This document shows, one piece after another, positions 49,639 through 60,354 of a stretch of DNA of 64,000 nt. Origin of the DNA: Parcubacteria group bacterium (GTDB lineage: Bacteria > Patescibacteriota > Minisyncoccia > Moranbacterales > UBA11712); the NCBI GenBank assembly GCA_041659685.1, contig JBAZXV010000008.1:3332-67331 (forward strand), in the 5' to 3' direction. Position numbers and translations under genes: made by a program. How positions within the stretch are numbered: the first letter of the stretch is position 1; each line of letters starts with the position of its first letter. The notes beneath the pieces are model-generated. The model was not told the DNA's origin. It was given only the letters and a program-made list of their open reading frames with translations, and did no database searches.

Positions 49639-50913
49639 TCAAATAGCTAATGTTTTTTTCAAAAATTTATCGTCTTTTATCGGCCCTATCACCGCCAAAT
49701 TGAGTCCGCCGTCAATAAAAATATTCTTAGCCACTCTTATAATATCATCTGCCGAAACTTTATCAACCCTCGCAAGAATTTCTTCCGGCCTTTCAATTTT
49801 CTTTTTCATCAGTTCCTGGCCGGCTAAAAATCCGGCAATGTCGTCTGAAGACTCGAGCGAAAGAGCCGTTTTCCCCCGAAAATTATCTTTGGCTTTCTGA
49901 AGTTCCTTCGGGCTGACTTTTTCGTCTCGGATTTTTCTTATTTCATTCATTATTGTCCTGACTGTCATTTCAACTTTGGATTGATCAGTGTCCACACCCG
50001 CCCGGACAGCCAGATATCCGCTGCCGGTATAACTTTCGTATCCGGAGTTGATATAATAAGCCAGACCCAGCCGTTCGCGGACGGAAAGGAACAGCCGGCT
50101 GCTCATCGTTCCGCCGAGAATGTTGGAAAGAATAGAGAGGGCGAACCTGTCCGGATGAAACATATTATAAGCCCGAACGCCGATCACCAGATGGACCTGA
50201 TCAGTCTTCTTCGCCTTTATTTTTATCTGCGGCTTCGATTGTTTTTCGATGGTTTTCGGCTTTTCCCCGGATTTCTTTCCCCTCATCCCCAAAAATTTCT
50301 TTTCAATTTCGCGAATCGTGCGTTTTTCGTCAATATTTCCGGCAACGCACACGACTGTGTTCGGCGCGGTATAATTTTCCCGGAGATATCTCAAAAAATC
50401 GGCGCGTCTGAAACGCCTGATATTTTCTTTCGTTCCGATAGTATCCCATCCGGCCGGCTGGTCGCCGTACATAAGCCCTTCAAAAACTTCCATTGCCTGG
50501 ATCGTCGGAGTGTCTTCGTACATATTGATCTCCTGAAGTATTACCCCTCTCTCTTTCTCTATCTCTTTCTCATCAATCTTTGAATTGAGATATATGTCAG
50601 AAATAACATCGAGCGCCAAATCAAAATGCTTCGCGTCAACTTTCGCAAAATAAGCCGTCTGTTCCTTTCCTGTGAAAGCGTTATATTCGCCGCCGACTGC
50701 ATCGAGAGCTCCTGAAATGTCTTCTGTCCTCGGCCGCTTCTTCGTCCCCTTGAAAAACATGTGCTCAAGAAAATGCGAAATGCCGTTCATTTCTTTGGTC
50801 TCGCATATGGATCCCACGCCGGCAGTGATAATCACTGTCACCGTGTTCGTGTCCTTCATCGGCGCCGTCACCACCCGTAATCCATTCTTCAAGATTGTTT
50901 TTTTGAAATTCAT
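49639..50913 (-). CDS. M16 family zinc peptidase
   Basis: GISHFLEHMFFKGT (HxxEH), NAFT, SSRLF..VRE.LGLAY. Confidence 0.93.
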   Translation of the reverse strand: MNFKKTILKNGLRVVTAPMKDTNTVTVIITAGVGSICETKEMNGISHFLEHMFFKGTKKRPRTEDISGALDAVGGEYNAFTGKEQTAYFAKVDAKHFDLALDVISDIYLNSKIDEKEIEKERGVILQEINMYEDTPTIQAMEVFEGLMYGDQPAGWDTIGTKENIRRFRRADFLRYLRENYTAPNTVVCVAGNIDEKRTIREIEKKFLGMRGKKSGEKPKTIEKQSKPQIKIKAKKTDQVHLVIGVRAYNMFHPDRFALSILSNILGGTMSSRLFLSVRERLGLAYYINSGYESYTGSGYLAVRAGVDTDQSKVEMTVRTIMNEIRKIRDEKVSPKELQKAKDNFRGKTALSLESSDDIAGFLAGQELMKKKIERPEEILARVDKVSADDIIRVAKNIFIDGGLNLAVIGPIKDDKFLKKTLAI

Positions 50914-50954
50914 CTAAGGTTCAACCTTAGCAGCTGCTAAGGTTGAACCTTAGA
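50913..50954. repeat. Perfect 42-bp palindrome made of two REP-like CTAAGGT-TCA-ACCTTAG hairpins
   Basis: TCTAAGGTTCAACCTTAGCAG|CTGCTAAGGTTGAACCTTAGA, abutting the M16 start codon. Confidence 0.85.
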
Positions 50955-51056
50955 AACTGCAATGATTTTAATACGTATTTAAATACTCACCGCGGTAAGT
51001 ATTTTTTTGGTTCCGGCATATAAGCAATACCAATAATTGCAAATATTGCTCAAAAA

Positions 51057-52457
51057 CTAGAGTTCTTCGATTATCTTCGTCAGCAGCCTTACCGGCGCAC
51101 CGGCTGCTCCTTTCGCCAGAAATTCATCAAAAACGGCAACATCCCGTGAACCGATATCGAGATGCGCCCAAAGCGGAAACTTTTCCGCGAATTCGGAGAG
51201 GAATACCGCTCCGCGAATTGCATCACCGTATCTCGGTTCGCCAGCAGAACTTAAGTTATTCAAATCTCCAAAATTTCCAATTATTTCACTTCTATATTCT
51301 TCCCAGAGCGGCATCGGCCAGACATAGTCACCTGATTCTTCCGCTAAATTAAAAATTTTATCGCTCAAATTTTTGTCTTTGCAAAAAAGACCCGCAGCCC
51401 TTTTACCCAGCGCTACAGCCACCGCTCCCGTCAGTGTGGCGACATTCATAACCAGCCTCGGATCATATTTTTCGGCGTATCCATGCGCGTCTGCCAAAAT
51501 TATTCTTCCTTCAGCGTCAGTATTCCCGACTTCGATAGTTTTCCCGGAGATAGTTTTCAGGATGTCGCCCGGGCGAAAACTTTGACCCGAAGGCATGTTT
51601 TCGACGGCCGGAATAAGGCCAATAATCTTTTTCTTGATTCCCAGTTTCGCCGCCGCCACTATCGCATGAAATACTGCCGCTCCGCCGGACATGTCCAAAT
51701 GCATATCATTCATAAAATTTCCCGGCTTAACATTCAGTCCGCCCGTGTCGAAAGTTATTCCTTTTCCAATCAAGACAATTGGTTTCTCTTTTCGCGAAGC
51801 CAGATATTCAAGGACAATAAATTTGGGCTTTTCCGCCGAACCCCTGGAAACTCCCAAAATTCCACCCATTTCTAATTTTTTCATTTCTGCCTCTTCCAGC
51901 ACTTTCATCTTGATCGGCAAATTTCCAATGGATTTTTCTATTTCTTTGACCAAAAGTTGCGGCGTCATGTCTCCCCCGGGCATATTAGCAATTTCGCGGC
52001 ATGCGTTTGTTTCTTCGCCAATTATTTTTCCTTCCCTGATTCCTTTCTCAATGCTTTTTATATCCTTTTTCTCGGCAATTATTTTTATTTCCTCCATAAA
52101 ATCCCAACCTTCTTTCGGCATCGTTTTATATTTCACAAATTCATAATCCGCCATTTCGAAATTCGTCGCCAATAATTCAGCCAATTCATCGGTTTTTTTG
52201 CTCACTTTCGGAAAACGGAAATCATTGAATTCAATTTCTATTTTTCTTACCCGGTGCTTTTTTGCCTCCCGGATAACTTTACGGGAGAGCAATATAAATT
52301 TTCGGCGATTGATTTCCTTTTTCTCAGGCGATTTTACGATGAGTGTTTTTTCTCCGTCTTTCCCGACCACAAAACGGCTTTCCGAAATTTTAGGATCAAA
52401 AGAAATTTTCACAAAATCTTTTTTAAATTCTTTCTTATCGCTGACTTCTATTTTCAT
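51057..52457 (-). CDS. pepA: Leucyl aminopeptidase (M17)
   Basis: GKGITFDTGG, DMSGGA, NTDAEGR, ATLTGA. Confidence 0.93.
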   Translation of the reverse strand: MKIEVSDKKEFKKDFVKISFDPKISESRFVVGKDGEKTLIVKSPEKKEINRRKFILLSRKVIREAKKHRVRKIEIEFNDFRFPKVSKKTDELAELLATNFEMADYEFVKYKTMPKEGWDFMEEIKIIAEKKDIKSIEKGIREGKIIGEETNACREIANMPGGDMTPQLLVKEIEKSIGNLPIKMKVLEEAEMKKLEMGGILGVSRGSAEKPKFIVLEYLASRKEKPIVLIGKGITFDTGGLNVKPGNFMNDMHLDMSGGAAVFHAIVAAAKLGIKKKIIGLIPAVENMPSGQSFRPGDILKTISGKTIEVGNTDAEGRIILADAHGYAEKYDPRLVMNVATLTGAVAVALGKRAAGLFCKDKNLSDKIFNLAEESGDYVWPMPLWEEYRSEIIGNFGDLNNLSSAGEPRYGDAIRGAVFLSEFAEKFPLWAHLDIGSRDVAVFDEFLAKGAAGAPVRLLTKIIEEL

Positions 52458-52582
52458 AGCTATTTATGTAATTTATTAAACTTTTCCCATTCCTAAAGCT
52501 CGGCTTTAGGAATGGGTTTTCGAGCGCTTTTAGGGGGGCGAGGGAAGGCCGTTAGGCTTTCCCTCGGAAAATGTTGGTATCA

Positions 52583-52864
52583 TCAGAAAAACCTCTCGAT
52601 AATAGGCTGGATGTTGACGGCCGGGACAGCTTCTGAGTAAATTTCCTCATCAGCTCTGATAAATTTTACCAAGGGGAAAGCTGGGCTTATGAAGTAGTCG
52701 ATAACCACTTCATCCTCTTTTTCGACCCGGCAGGCATCTTTTTCCGGATTAAGAGTTACTTTTTTCCCGGTTGAAATATGGACAACGACAAAATCGCCTT
52801 CCATGGCAATCCTGTCGACTATACCGCCCTCGCGTCCTCCTCTCCTAAACGGCGCTTTTGCCAT
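52583..52864 (-). CDS. Small hypothetical protein
   Basis: 93-aa ORF with purine-rich leader and downstream hairpins at 52486-52516 and 52539-52566. Confidence 0.5.
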   Translation of the reverse strand: MAKAPFRRGGREGGIVDRIAMEGDFVVVHISTGKKVTLNPEKDACRVEKEDEVVIDYFISPAFPLVKFIRADEEIYSEAVPAVNIQPIIERFF

Positions 52865-52954
52865 CTTATATTACCATCCTTTTTGAATTTTACTCCCTAA
52901 AAACTCTCGATTTTCAAAGAATGGGGCCAGGGGGCTGGCCCGAAAGATTATCGG

Positions 52955-53155
52955 TTAGAGGATATTGGTCACGTGTTGGCCGTTGAAGAATACGGGTTCT
53001 CCTTGACCATCCATCGGACCCAATATCACTTCCACCCCCTGGGTTAACCTGCATTGATCAATACCCTCTCTTGAGAGAGGAAAAGTTCTTCCATCTTCAA
53101 GAGAAACTTTTGCCTGGCATCCGTCCGGCTCCCAGTCAATATTTGTCACTTTCAC
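52955..53155 (-). CDS. Small hypothetical protein
   Basis: AAGGAGGT upstream of GTG start and GC hairpin downstream. Confidence 0.55.
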   Translation of the reverse strand: MKVTNIDWEPDGCQAKVSLEDGRTFPLSREGIDQCRLTQGVEVILGPMDGQGEPVFFNGQHVTNIL

Positions 53156-53178
53156 CGCCTGGCACCTCCTTATATTTT

Positions 53179-54552
53179 TTATTCTTCAAAATTTTTCTTT
53201 AGATACTCCGCCAGGTCTTCAATTTTCACTCGTTCCTGTTCCATCGTGTCCCGGTTGCGGACGGTGACCGCCTGGTCGTTCAATGTTTCAAAATCCACCG
53301 TCACGCAAAAGGGCGTTCCGATTTCATCCTGCCGGCGGTATCTTTTCCCGATCGACTGCGTTTCGTCATATTCGCACATGAATCTCGTCTTAAGATCGTC
53401 AAATATCTTCTTTGCCGGACCGGCTAATTCTTCTTTTTTCGAAAGCGGCAGGACGGCCACGTGGACCGGCGCGATTTTTTTCGGAAATTTCATCACCACT
53501 CTTGTCTCCCCCTTTACTTCCTCTTCGCTATAAGCCGAAAGGAGCGCCGCCAAGACACTTCTTTCCACCCCGAACGTCGGCTCAAGAACATGCGGAACAT
53601 AGCGCTTGTTTTTTTCCGCGTCGAAATATTCAAGCTTTTGCCCCGACATTTTACCGTGCTGGCTGAGATCGAAATCCCCCCGATGAGCGATTCCGTAAAG
53701 TTCTTTTACGCCGAAAGGAAAATTATACATCGTGTCAATGGTTTTTTTCGAATAGTGGGAGAGCTTTTCTTTCGGATGCTCATAGCGGCTGATATTTTCT
53801 TTTTTAAGCCCGATTTCAAGCGCGAATTCTTCCTGAAGATCAAGCCACTTTTCAAAAAGCGTTTGCCAGTCGGCATCGGGTTCGATAAAATACTCAATTT
53901 CCATCTGCTCAAATTCGCGGAGCCGGAAAATGAAATTACCGGCCACAATTTCATTGCGGAAAGCTTTCCCGATTTGCGCGATTCCGAAAGGGACCTTGAC
54001 GCGCATCGAATCAAGGATATTTTTAAAATCAACAAAAATGGCTCCCGCGGTTTCCGGACGAAGATATACCGTCCCTTCGAAGCCGTTCATTTCCGTTTGA
54101 AACATCATATTGAAATTCCGGGCATCGGTCCAGTCTGACTTTCCACATTCCGGACATTTGGCCTTGAGAGAGCGCAAAGTTTTTGTCATGTCTTCAAGCC
54201 GGCCCTCCATATCTTCTCCGGTCAGCTCTTCAACCAGGTGATCGGCCCGGAATCTTTTCTTGCAATTCTTACAATCCACCATGGCGTCGTTGAACCCGGC
54301 GACATGGCCTGAGGCCTCCCAAAGCCTGGGGTGAAGAAGTATCGGACCGTCGATTCCGACAATATCTTCGCGAGCGTGCACAAATTTTTTCCACCAGAGC
54401 CTTTTTATATTATTTTTCAGTTCCGCGCCGTACGGCCCGAAGGAATAGGAATTGGCAAATCCTCCGTAAATTTCAGAGCCGGGAAAAATAAATCCGCGCC
54501 TTTTCGAGAGGGAAACAATTTTGTCCATCAGTTTTTCATTTTTTTCCGCCAT
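53179..54552 (-). CDS. glyQS: Glycine-tRNA ligase, homodimeric (alpha2) type
   Basis: YLRPETA, GKAFRNEI, FRLREFEQME, EPTFGVER, IGKRYRRQDEIGTP. Confidence 0.96.
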   Translation of the reverse strand: MAEKNEKLMDKIVSLSKRRGFIFPGSEIYGGFANSYSFGPYGAELKNNIKRLWWKKFVHAREDIVGIDGPILLHPRLWEASGHVAGFNDAMVDCKNCKKRFRADHLVEELTGEDMEGRLEDMTKTLRSLKAKCPECGKSDWTDARNFNMMFQTEMNGFEGTVYLRPETAGAIFVDFKNILDSMRVKVPFGIAQIGKAFRNEIVAGNFIFRLREFEQMEIEYFIEPDADWQTLFEKWLDLQEEFALEIGLKKENISRYEHPKEKLSHYSKKTIDTMYNFPFGVKELYGIAHRGDFDLSQHGKMSGQKLEYFDAEKNKRYVPHVLEPTFGVERSVLAALLSAYSEEEVKGETRVVMKFPKKIAPVHVAVLPLSKKEELAGPAKKIFDDLKTRFMCEYDETQSIGKRYRRQDEIGTPFCVTVDFETLNDQAVTVRNRDTMEQERVKIEDLAEYLKKNFEE

Positions 54553-54635
54553 ATATTTATTTAGAAAAATTATTAAATAAAACCGCGACCCCCGGCAGTA
54601 ATGCCTTAATTTTTCACTTTATCTTTTAGTTTAAT

Positions 54636-54982
54636 AAAAAAGCCCGTCCTAAACGCCTAACGAAAAACATTAGACATTCGGGACGAGCCATATCAAGTTA
54701 AAAATGAAAAGTTCAAAACTAAAAATGACAATTTAAACTTCTAAAATTTTTAATGTCAAAATGATTTTTGATTCAATTAATTTTGACATTTTACATTGTC
54801 ACTTTGCATTTTGATTTTTCAATCTTGCATTTCCTATGGTCCGCGGTTCCACCCGAGTTCTCCCGGAAATTATTGGCCGGTGCCAAAAAAATCCAACGAG
54901 CGCCTCTTTATTCATTTTTCATTATTTCCGTTAAAAACAGCTTCTTTATCTATTTTTTCCGGATTAAGGCTGCCAAACCTTA
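54636..54982 (-). ncRNA. T-box riboswitch leader of glyQS with intrinsic terminator
   Basis: Minus strand AACTCGGGTGGAACCGCG (54842-54859) matches the T-box consensus. Its partner TATGGCTCGTCCC (54680-54692) overlaps the terminator GCTCGTCC...GGACGGGC-TTTTTT (54636-54688). Confidence 0.85.
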
Positions 54983-54988
54983 TTTATT

Positions 54989-55017
54989 ATAGTAACGGGT
55001 ATCACGTTTATTGTCAA
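54989..55017 (-). promoter_or_regulatory. Sigma70-type promoter for the glyQS leader
   Basis: TTGACA (55012-55017) - 17 bp - TACTAT (54989-54994). Confidence 0.7.
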
Positions 55018-55049
55018 TATGGGATTTTTCTCAAATCCGCGAAATAATT

Positions 55050-55796
55050 CTAGCGGCGATTGCCGCGAAGTTCAAATAAATTATGGATGATTTCGCATTG
55101 ATTGACCGCCGCATTCAAGAAACCCAAAATATCTTTGTCGACTTTTTCTTTTTCAAGAAAAATCATGAACGCCCTGCGGTTCGAAGTGCTCGAGCTCTCC
55201 GAAGAGAGAACGCAGTACCCTTTGTCGTTGCAAAGTTTTTTGTCCGCTGCCAGTTCTGTGATTTCTCGGTTTCCTATCTTAAAATCATGAGTCCTTACCG
55301 AAGGCGATGCCTTGGCCCAGTATTCCGAAATGGTCTGAAGGCCTTCTGTGTTCATAATGCGGATCGCCATCCAGTCTTTCTTGCTGATAGTCATCGCCAT
55401 CCGGAGTATTTCATCGACATATTCTTTCATTTCCCGCTTGCTGGCCGGCGCTTTTAGTTTTTGAAGGAATGATTTTATGAGAGACATTTGCACGTTTATC
55501 TTTCCCAAATAGGCAAAAGTTTCAAGGAGCTCCTTCTCTCTTTTCCGGTATTCTGTCTCCAATTTTTTTATTTCCCCTTCCCGCATGCTGACCGTTCTTT
55601 CATAAAGCCTGAATATTTTCCAGGCGAGCGAGACTTGAATAAAAAGCAGGACCGCTTCAAACAATTCCTCCGATAAAAAAGAAAACCCGCTTTTGATAAT
55701 AAGGGGCGTAAAGATTATCGTGACCACTAAAATAAGAAAGACCAAGAGAAATGTATTCCTAAGCCTTTCAACTTTAGGGCGATTTATAAGAGCCAT
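55050..55796 (-). CDS. Hypothetical membrane protein (2 TM plus coiled coil)
   Basis: 248-aa ORF with hydrophobic N-terminus. Confidence 0.7.
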   Translation of the reverse strand: MALINRPKVERLRNTFLLVFLILVVTIIFTPLIIKSGFSFLSEELFEAVLLFIQVSLAWKIFRLYERTVSMREGEIKKLETEYRKREKELLETFAYLGKINVQMSLIKSFLQKLKAPASKREMKEYVDEILRMAMTISKKDWMAIRIMNTEGLQTISEYWAKASPSVRTHDFKIGNREITELAADKKLCNDKGYCVLSSESSSTSNRRAFMIFLEKEKVDKDILGFLNAAVNQCEIIHNLFELRGNRR

Positions 55797-55832
55797 ATAA
55801 CTCTGTTTTAATTAGTTTCAAGAATACCGTGA

Positions 55833-56534
55833 TTATTTGAATTTGAAGCTGCCCACGATTTTATCGGCTAAAACGCACCTGGCATCCTTTTTTTGCCCGG
55901 AGCAATCATCTGTCTTTGTATACGCGTATACCGACTCGTCTTTTTCAGTAATTTTTTCTCCGGCCGCCTCGCAAAGCGTCTCATTGCCCTTTTGGCATCC
56001 GTTTTCCATCTCTTCCCACTCCTCAGAGCTGAATTTCCGGATAGTGAGAAAGGTCTTGTTTATTTTGTCCAAATCACGCGATTTTTTCTCTCCTCCGTCC
56101 GAAAGATAAAGCTGGAGATACTGGTTGGAAAGCGCGTCATCCACCGGACTCTTTACAAAGCCCGCTTTGTATTTCCAGTCCCCGATTTGAGACGGAATTC
56201 GAAGCGTAAAATCAAAACTCGGGTCGTTCAGATCCTGATTCGCGCCAGCAGAAGTTTTGTTGTTTCCGTTGGCGGACGCGACATAAAATGCGCTGTTGTC
56301 CCTGATTATTATATTTTGAGAGCTGATGAGAGAAATTAAAAAAATGAAGATGGCCAATTCCAAAACGGCAGTCAGAATAATAAGAGAAACACTGAACCTT
56401 AAGTTCGCTCTTTCTTTTCCCGATTTTTTGGAATTAAAAGATTCGGCGATAGCGCTCTTTGAAGCGCTTTTTTTCGCCGCTTTGAAATTTTTTCCAAGCA
56501 GGGATTTTTTTTCTTTTTTTGTCCTCCTGGTCAT
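55833..56534 (-). CDS. Hypothetical membrane-anchored protein
   Basis: Basic N-terminus, one TM, extracellular part with paired Cys. Confidence 0.7.
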   Translation of the reverse strand: MTRRTKKEKKSLLGKNFKAAKKSASKSAIAESFNSKKSGKERANLRFSVSLIILTAVLELAIFIFLISLISSQNIIIRDNSAFYVASANGNNKTSAGANQDLNDPSFDFTLRIPSQIGDWKYKAGFVKSPVDDALSNQYLQLYLSDGGEKKSRDLDKINKTFLTIRKFSSEEWEEMENGCQKGNETLCEAAGEKITEKDESVYAYTKTDDCSGQKKDARCVLADKIVGSFKFK

Positions 56535-56660
56535 TTTTGTTTTTTAAGATTTATTTTTATCATTTTACCATAAAGCCATATTTCCGGCAACGAATGTTTT
56601 TTTTGGCCGCAATGGAATTATTTTCGGGAAAGGAGCGGGATCAAGTCGATTAATACCGGC

Positions 56661-58055
56661 CTATTTCCCGGAATTCACTTTTCTTATTAATGATTTTTCC
56701 GGGTAATAATCTTTCAGTCTGATGAAATAGACATTTTTGCTTCCGCCGTGGGCAGATTTCACTTTTTCGCCATCCTCTTTTCTTATCTCTTCCACCCTAT
56801 CGGAAATAACTCCGGACGGAGTGACGATCTCGACTTTCTCTTTCTCGCTGAGAACGTTGTGAATCTTTACCTGCTTAAACCCCGCGAAGCAAGCGCGGCT
56901 TTCCCCCGAGTCAAGACTCGCCCTGGTATTTTCTTTATTATTTATCCCCTTCCGCAGAAAACTGCGACCACAAGCTCGCCTTATGAATGCTTCCTTCTCT
57001 GCTTCGAGGAATTTCGCTCCCCCGAAGGAGCGGACGGATATCCCGTACGCAAAATTGGGGGGCTTCATAACTTCCCCGACAAACTGCCAACGATTTTTTT
57101 CATGTGAAAGGTCAAAATTATTTTCCCACTTGTCTTTTCCGAATAAAAACCCGGTCGTGTATCCGCGATTATTAAGTTTCAGAAGCTCTCCCTTGGCGCT
57201 CTTTACCGTTTTCTTCAGCTCCTTTAAACCCTTCTTGTTCTTTATCGCATCCAACACCATCCGATAGTTTCTTACGACCGTTGAAACATAATAGACGCTC
57301 TTTGTTCGTCCCTCAATTTTGAATGAATCTATCCCGGCTTTTGCCAGATCATCCAAATGCTCAATGAGACAAAGGTCTTTGGAATTGAATATATATGTCC
57401 CCTGCTCGTCTTCTTGTATTTCAATAATGTCCTTTTCTTTTTTCGTTACTCTGTACGGCCAGCGGCACGGCTGGACGCAATCCCCGAGATTCGCGCTCCG
57501 CCCGCGCATCCAGCTCGACAGAAGACACCGCCCGGAAAGACTCATACACATCGCCCCGTGAACAAAGTATTCAAGCTCGATCCTGGGACACGCTTTCCTT
57601 ATCTTCTTTATTTCTTCGAGCGTTACTTCCCTTGCCAGAATTATCCGTTTTACGCCCTGCTTTTCCCAAAATCTTACCGCTTCGGAATTAGTCGTGTTGG
57701 CCTGGGTGGAAAGGTGGATCCTTATTTTCGGGGAGATTTTTTTGGCCAAACTGACAATTCCCGGATCACTGATAATAAGCGCGTCCGGTTTGATTTTCGC
57801 GATGAACTTCAAATGCTTTTCGAGAATCCCGAGATGACGCTCGTGGGCAAAAATATTCAAAGTAAAATATATTTTCTTCTTCCGGCTGCGCGCTATCCCT
57901 GCCGCTTTTTCAAGTTTCTTCTCCGTAAAATCATTTATTCTTGCGCGTAAAGAAAAATTCGGATGGCCGACATAGGCGGCATCCGCGCCGAAGTGATAGG
58001 CATATTCTATTTTTTCGAGGCTCCCGCCGGGAGCAACGAGTTCAAGTTTTCGCAT
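56661..58055 (-). CDS. U32 family protein (TrhP/YegQ-like) with ~60-aa insertion
   Basis: ELVAPGG, HLSTQAN, FVHGAMC..SGRCLLS, CVQPCR, KIEGRTK. Confidence 0.9.
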   Translation of the reverse strand: MRKLELVAPGGSLEKIEYAYHFGADAAYVGHPNFSLRARINDFTEKKLEKAAGIARSRKKKIYFTLNIFAHERHLGILEKHLKFIAKIKPDALIISDPGIVSLAKKISPKIRIHLSTQANTTNSEAVRFWEKQGVKRIILAREVTLEEIKKIRKACPRIELEYFVHGAMCMSLSGRCLLSSWMRGRSANLGDCVQPCRWPYRVTKKEKDIIEIQEDEQGTYIFNSKDLCLIEHLDDLAKAGIDSFKIEGRTKSVYYVSTVVRNYRMVLDAIKNKKGLKELKKTVKSAKGELLKLNNRGYTTGFLFGKDKWENNFDLSHEKNRWQFVGEVMKPPNFAYGISVRSFGGAKFLEAEKEAFIRRACGRSFLRKGINNKENTRASLDSGESRACFAGFKQVKIHNVLSEKEKVEIVTPSGVISDRVEEIRKEDGEKVKSAHGGSKNVYFIRLKDYYPEKSLIRKVNSGK

Positions 58056-58154
58056 CAGTTGATAAAAATAATCCCACTTAGAAGCGGAGCTTCTAAGTGA
58101 ATGCGGATAACTTTATTCACGTAACAAATATTGAAGAAATTTTTGATTATTTTT

Positions 58155-58973
58155 TTATTTTTCTCCCCTGATTCTCTTGTTGTTTTCGAGCACAGCTTTC
58201 ACAAATTTCGGGTCATAGCCGGCTTTCTCGCTGGCTTTCGCAATCGCGTTCACATCTTTCGGCAGGCACTTGCCGGCAAATCCCCGTCTGTCCGGATATA
58301 CAGCGGAATACATTCTCCCTACCCGTTTGTCGAGAAGCCACAGTTCTCTGAGTTCCTTATACTCAACTCCGAAAGCCTCGGCCATACCGAAAAATTCATT
58401 GCAAAAAGTCACTTTGGTCGCGATGAAAGCGTTTTCCATATATTTCACAAGTTCAGCTGTCGTGGAATCGGTGATAAAAAACTTCGCGTCCGCTCCCATA
58501 ACTGCGATGAAAAAATCCAAAATAGCCGAGGCGCTTCTTTTGTCTCCTCCAACAATTTGAAAATTATGAAATTTCATGTCGGTCGGATGGGGATATTTCC
58601 AAAAAGGGACGAAATAGGGAACCCCGGCGCCTTCTCCCATATATTCAGGAGAGAAGCAGATTTTTTTGCCGGTTTTCTCGACCAACATTTCCGTTGTGCG
58701 GGGCGGAATGGTGCTTTTCACAAGAATGAGCGGAGTTTCAAGCCACCCCAAAGTTTCTTCGATGATGGAAAGGTCGCAAGAGCCATCCTCCCCCATCGGG
58801 GTCGGAACTGAGACCACTCCCAGGTCGCACTGGTTTATTTCTTCCTGCGAGGCCGAACCCTCGACATGCGGGTCGAAATAAATCGTTTCAAAATTGTCCT
58901 TGAAAAAATTATAGACTCCTTTTCCGACGTAGCCATAACCGATCACGGCCACTTTTTTCTTTGCTTTTTCCAT
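58155..58973 (-). CDS. Short UDP-glucose/GDP-mannose dehydrogenase family protein (no C-terminal UDP-binding domain)
   Basis: GYGYVG, VPTP, KSTIPP, AELVKYMENAFIATKVTFCNE, GKCLPKD. Confidence 0.85.
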   Translation of the reverse strand: MEKAKKKVAVIGYGYVGKGVYNFFKDNFETIYFDPHVEGSASQEEINQCDLGVVSVPTPMGEDGSCDLSIIEETLGWLETPLILVKSTIPPRTTEMLVEKTGKKICFSPEYMGEGAGVPYFVPFWKYPHPTDMKFHNFQIVGGDKRSASAILDFFIAVMGADAKFFITDSTTAELVKYMENAFIATKVTFCNEFFGMAEAFGVEYKELRELWLLDKRVGRMYSAVYPDRRGFAGKCLPKDVNAIAKASEKAGYDPKFVKAVLENNKRIRGEK

Positions 58974-59027
58974 AAATATGAATTAAATCTTAATTAAAAA
59001 AATAATGCCTCCTACAATGCTATCAGC

Positions 59028-60352
<1,325 letters not shown>

Positions 60353-60354
<2 letters not shown>

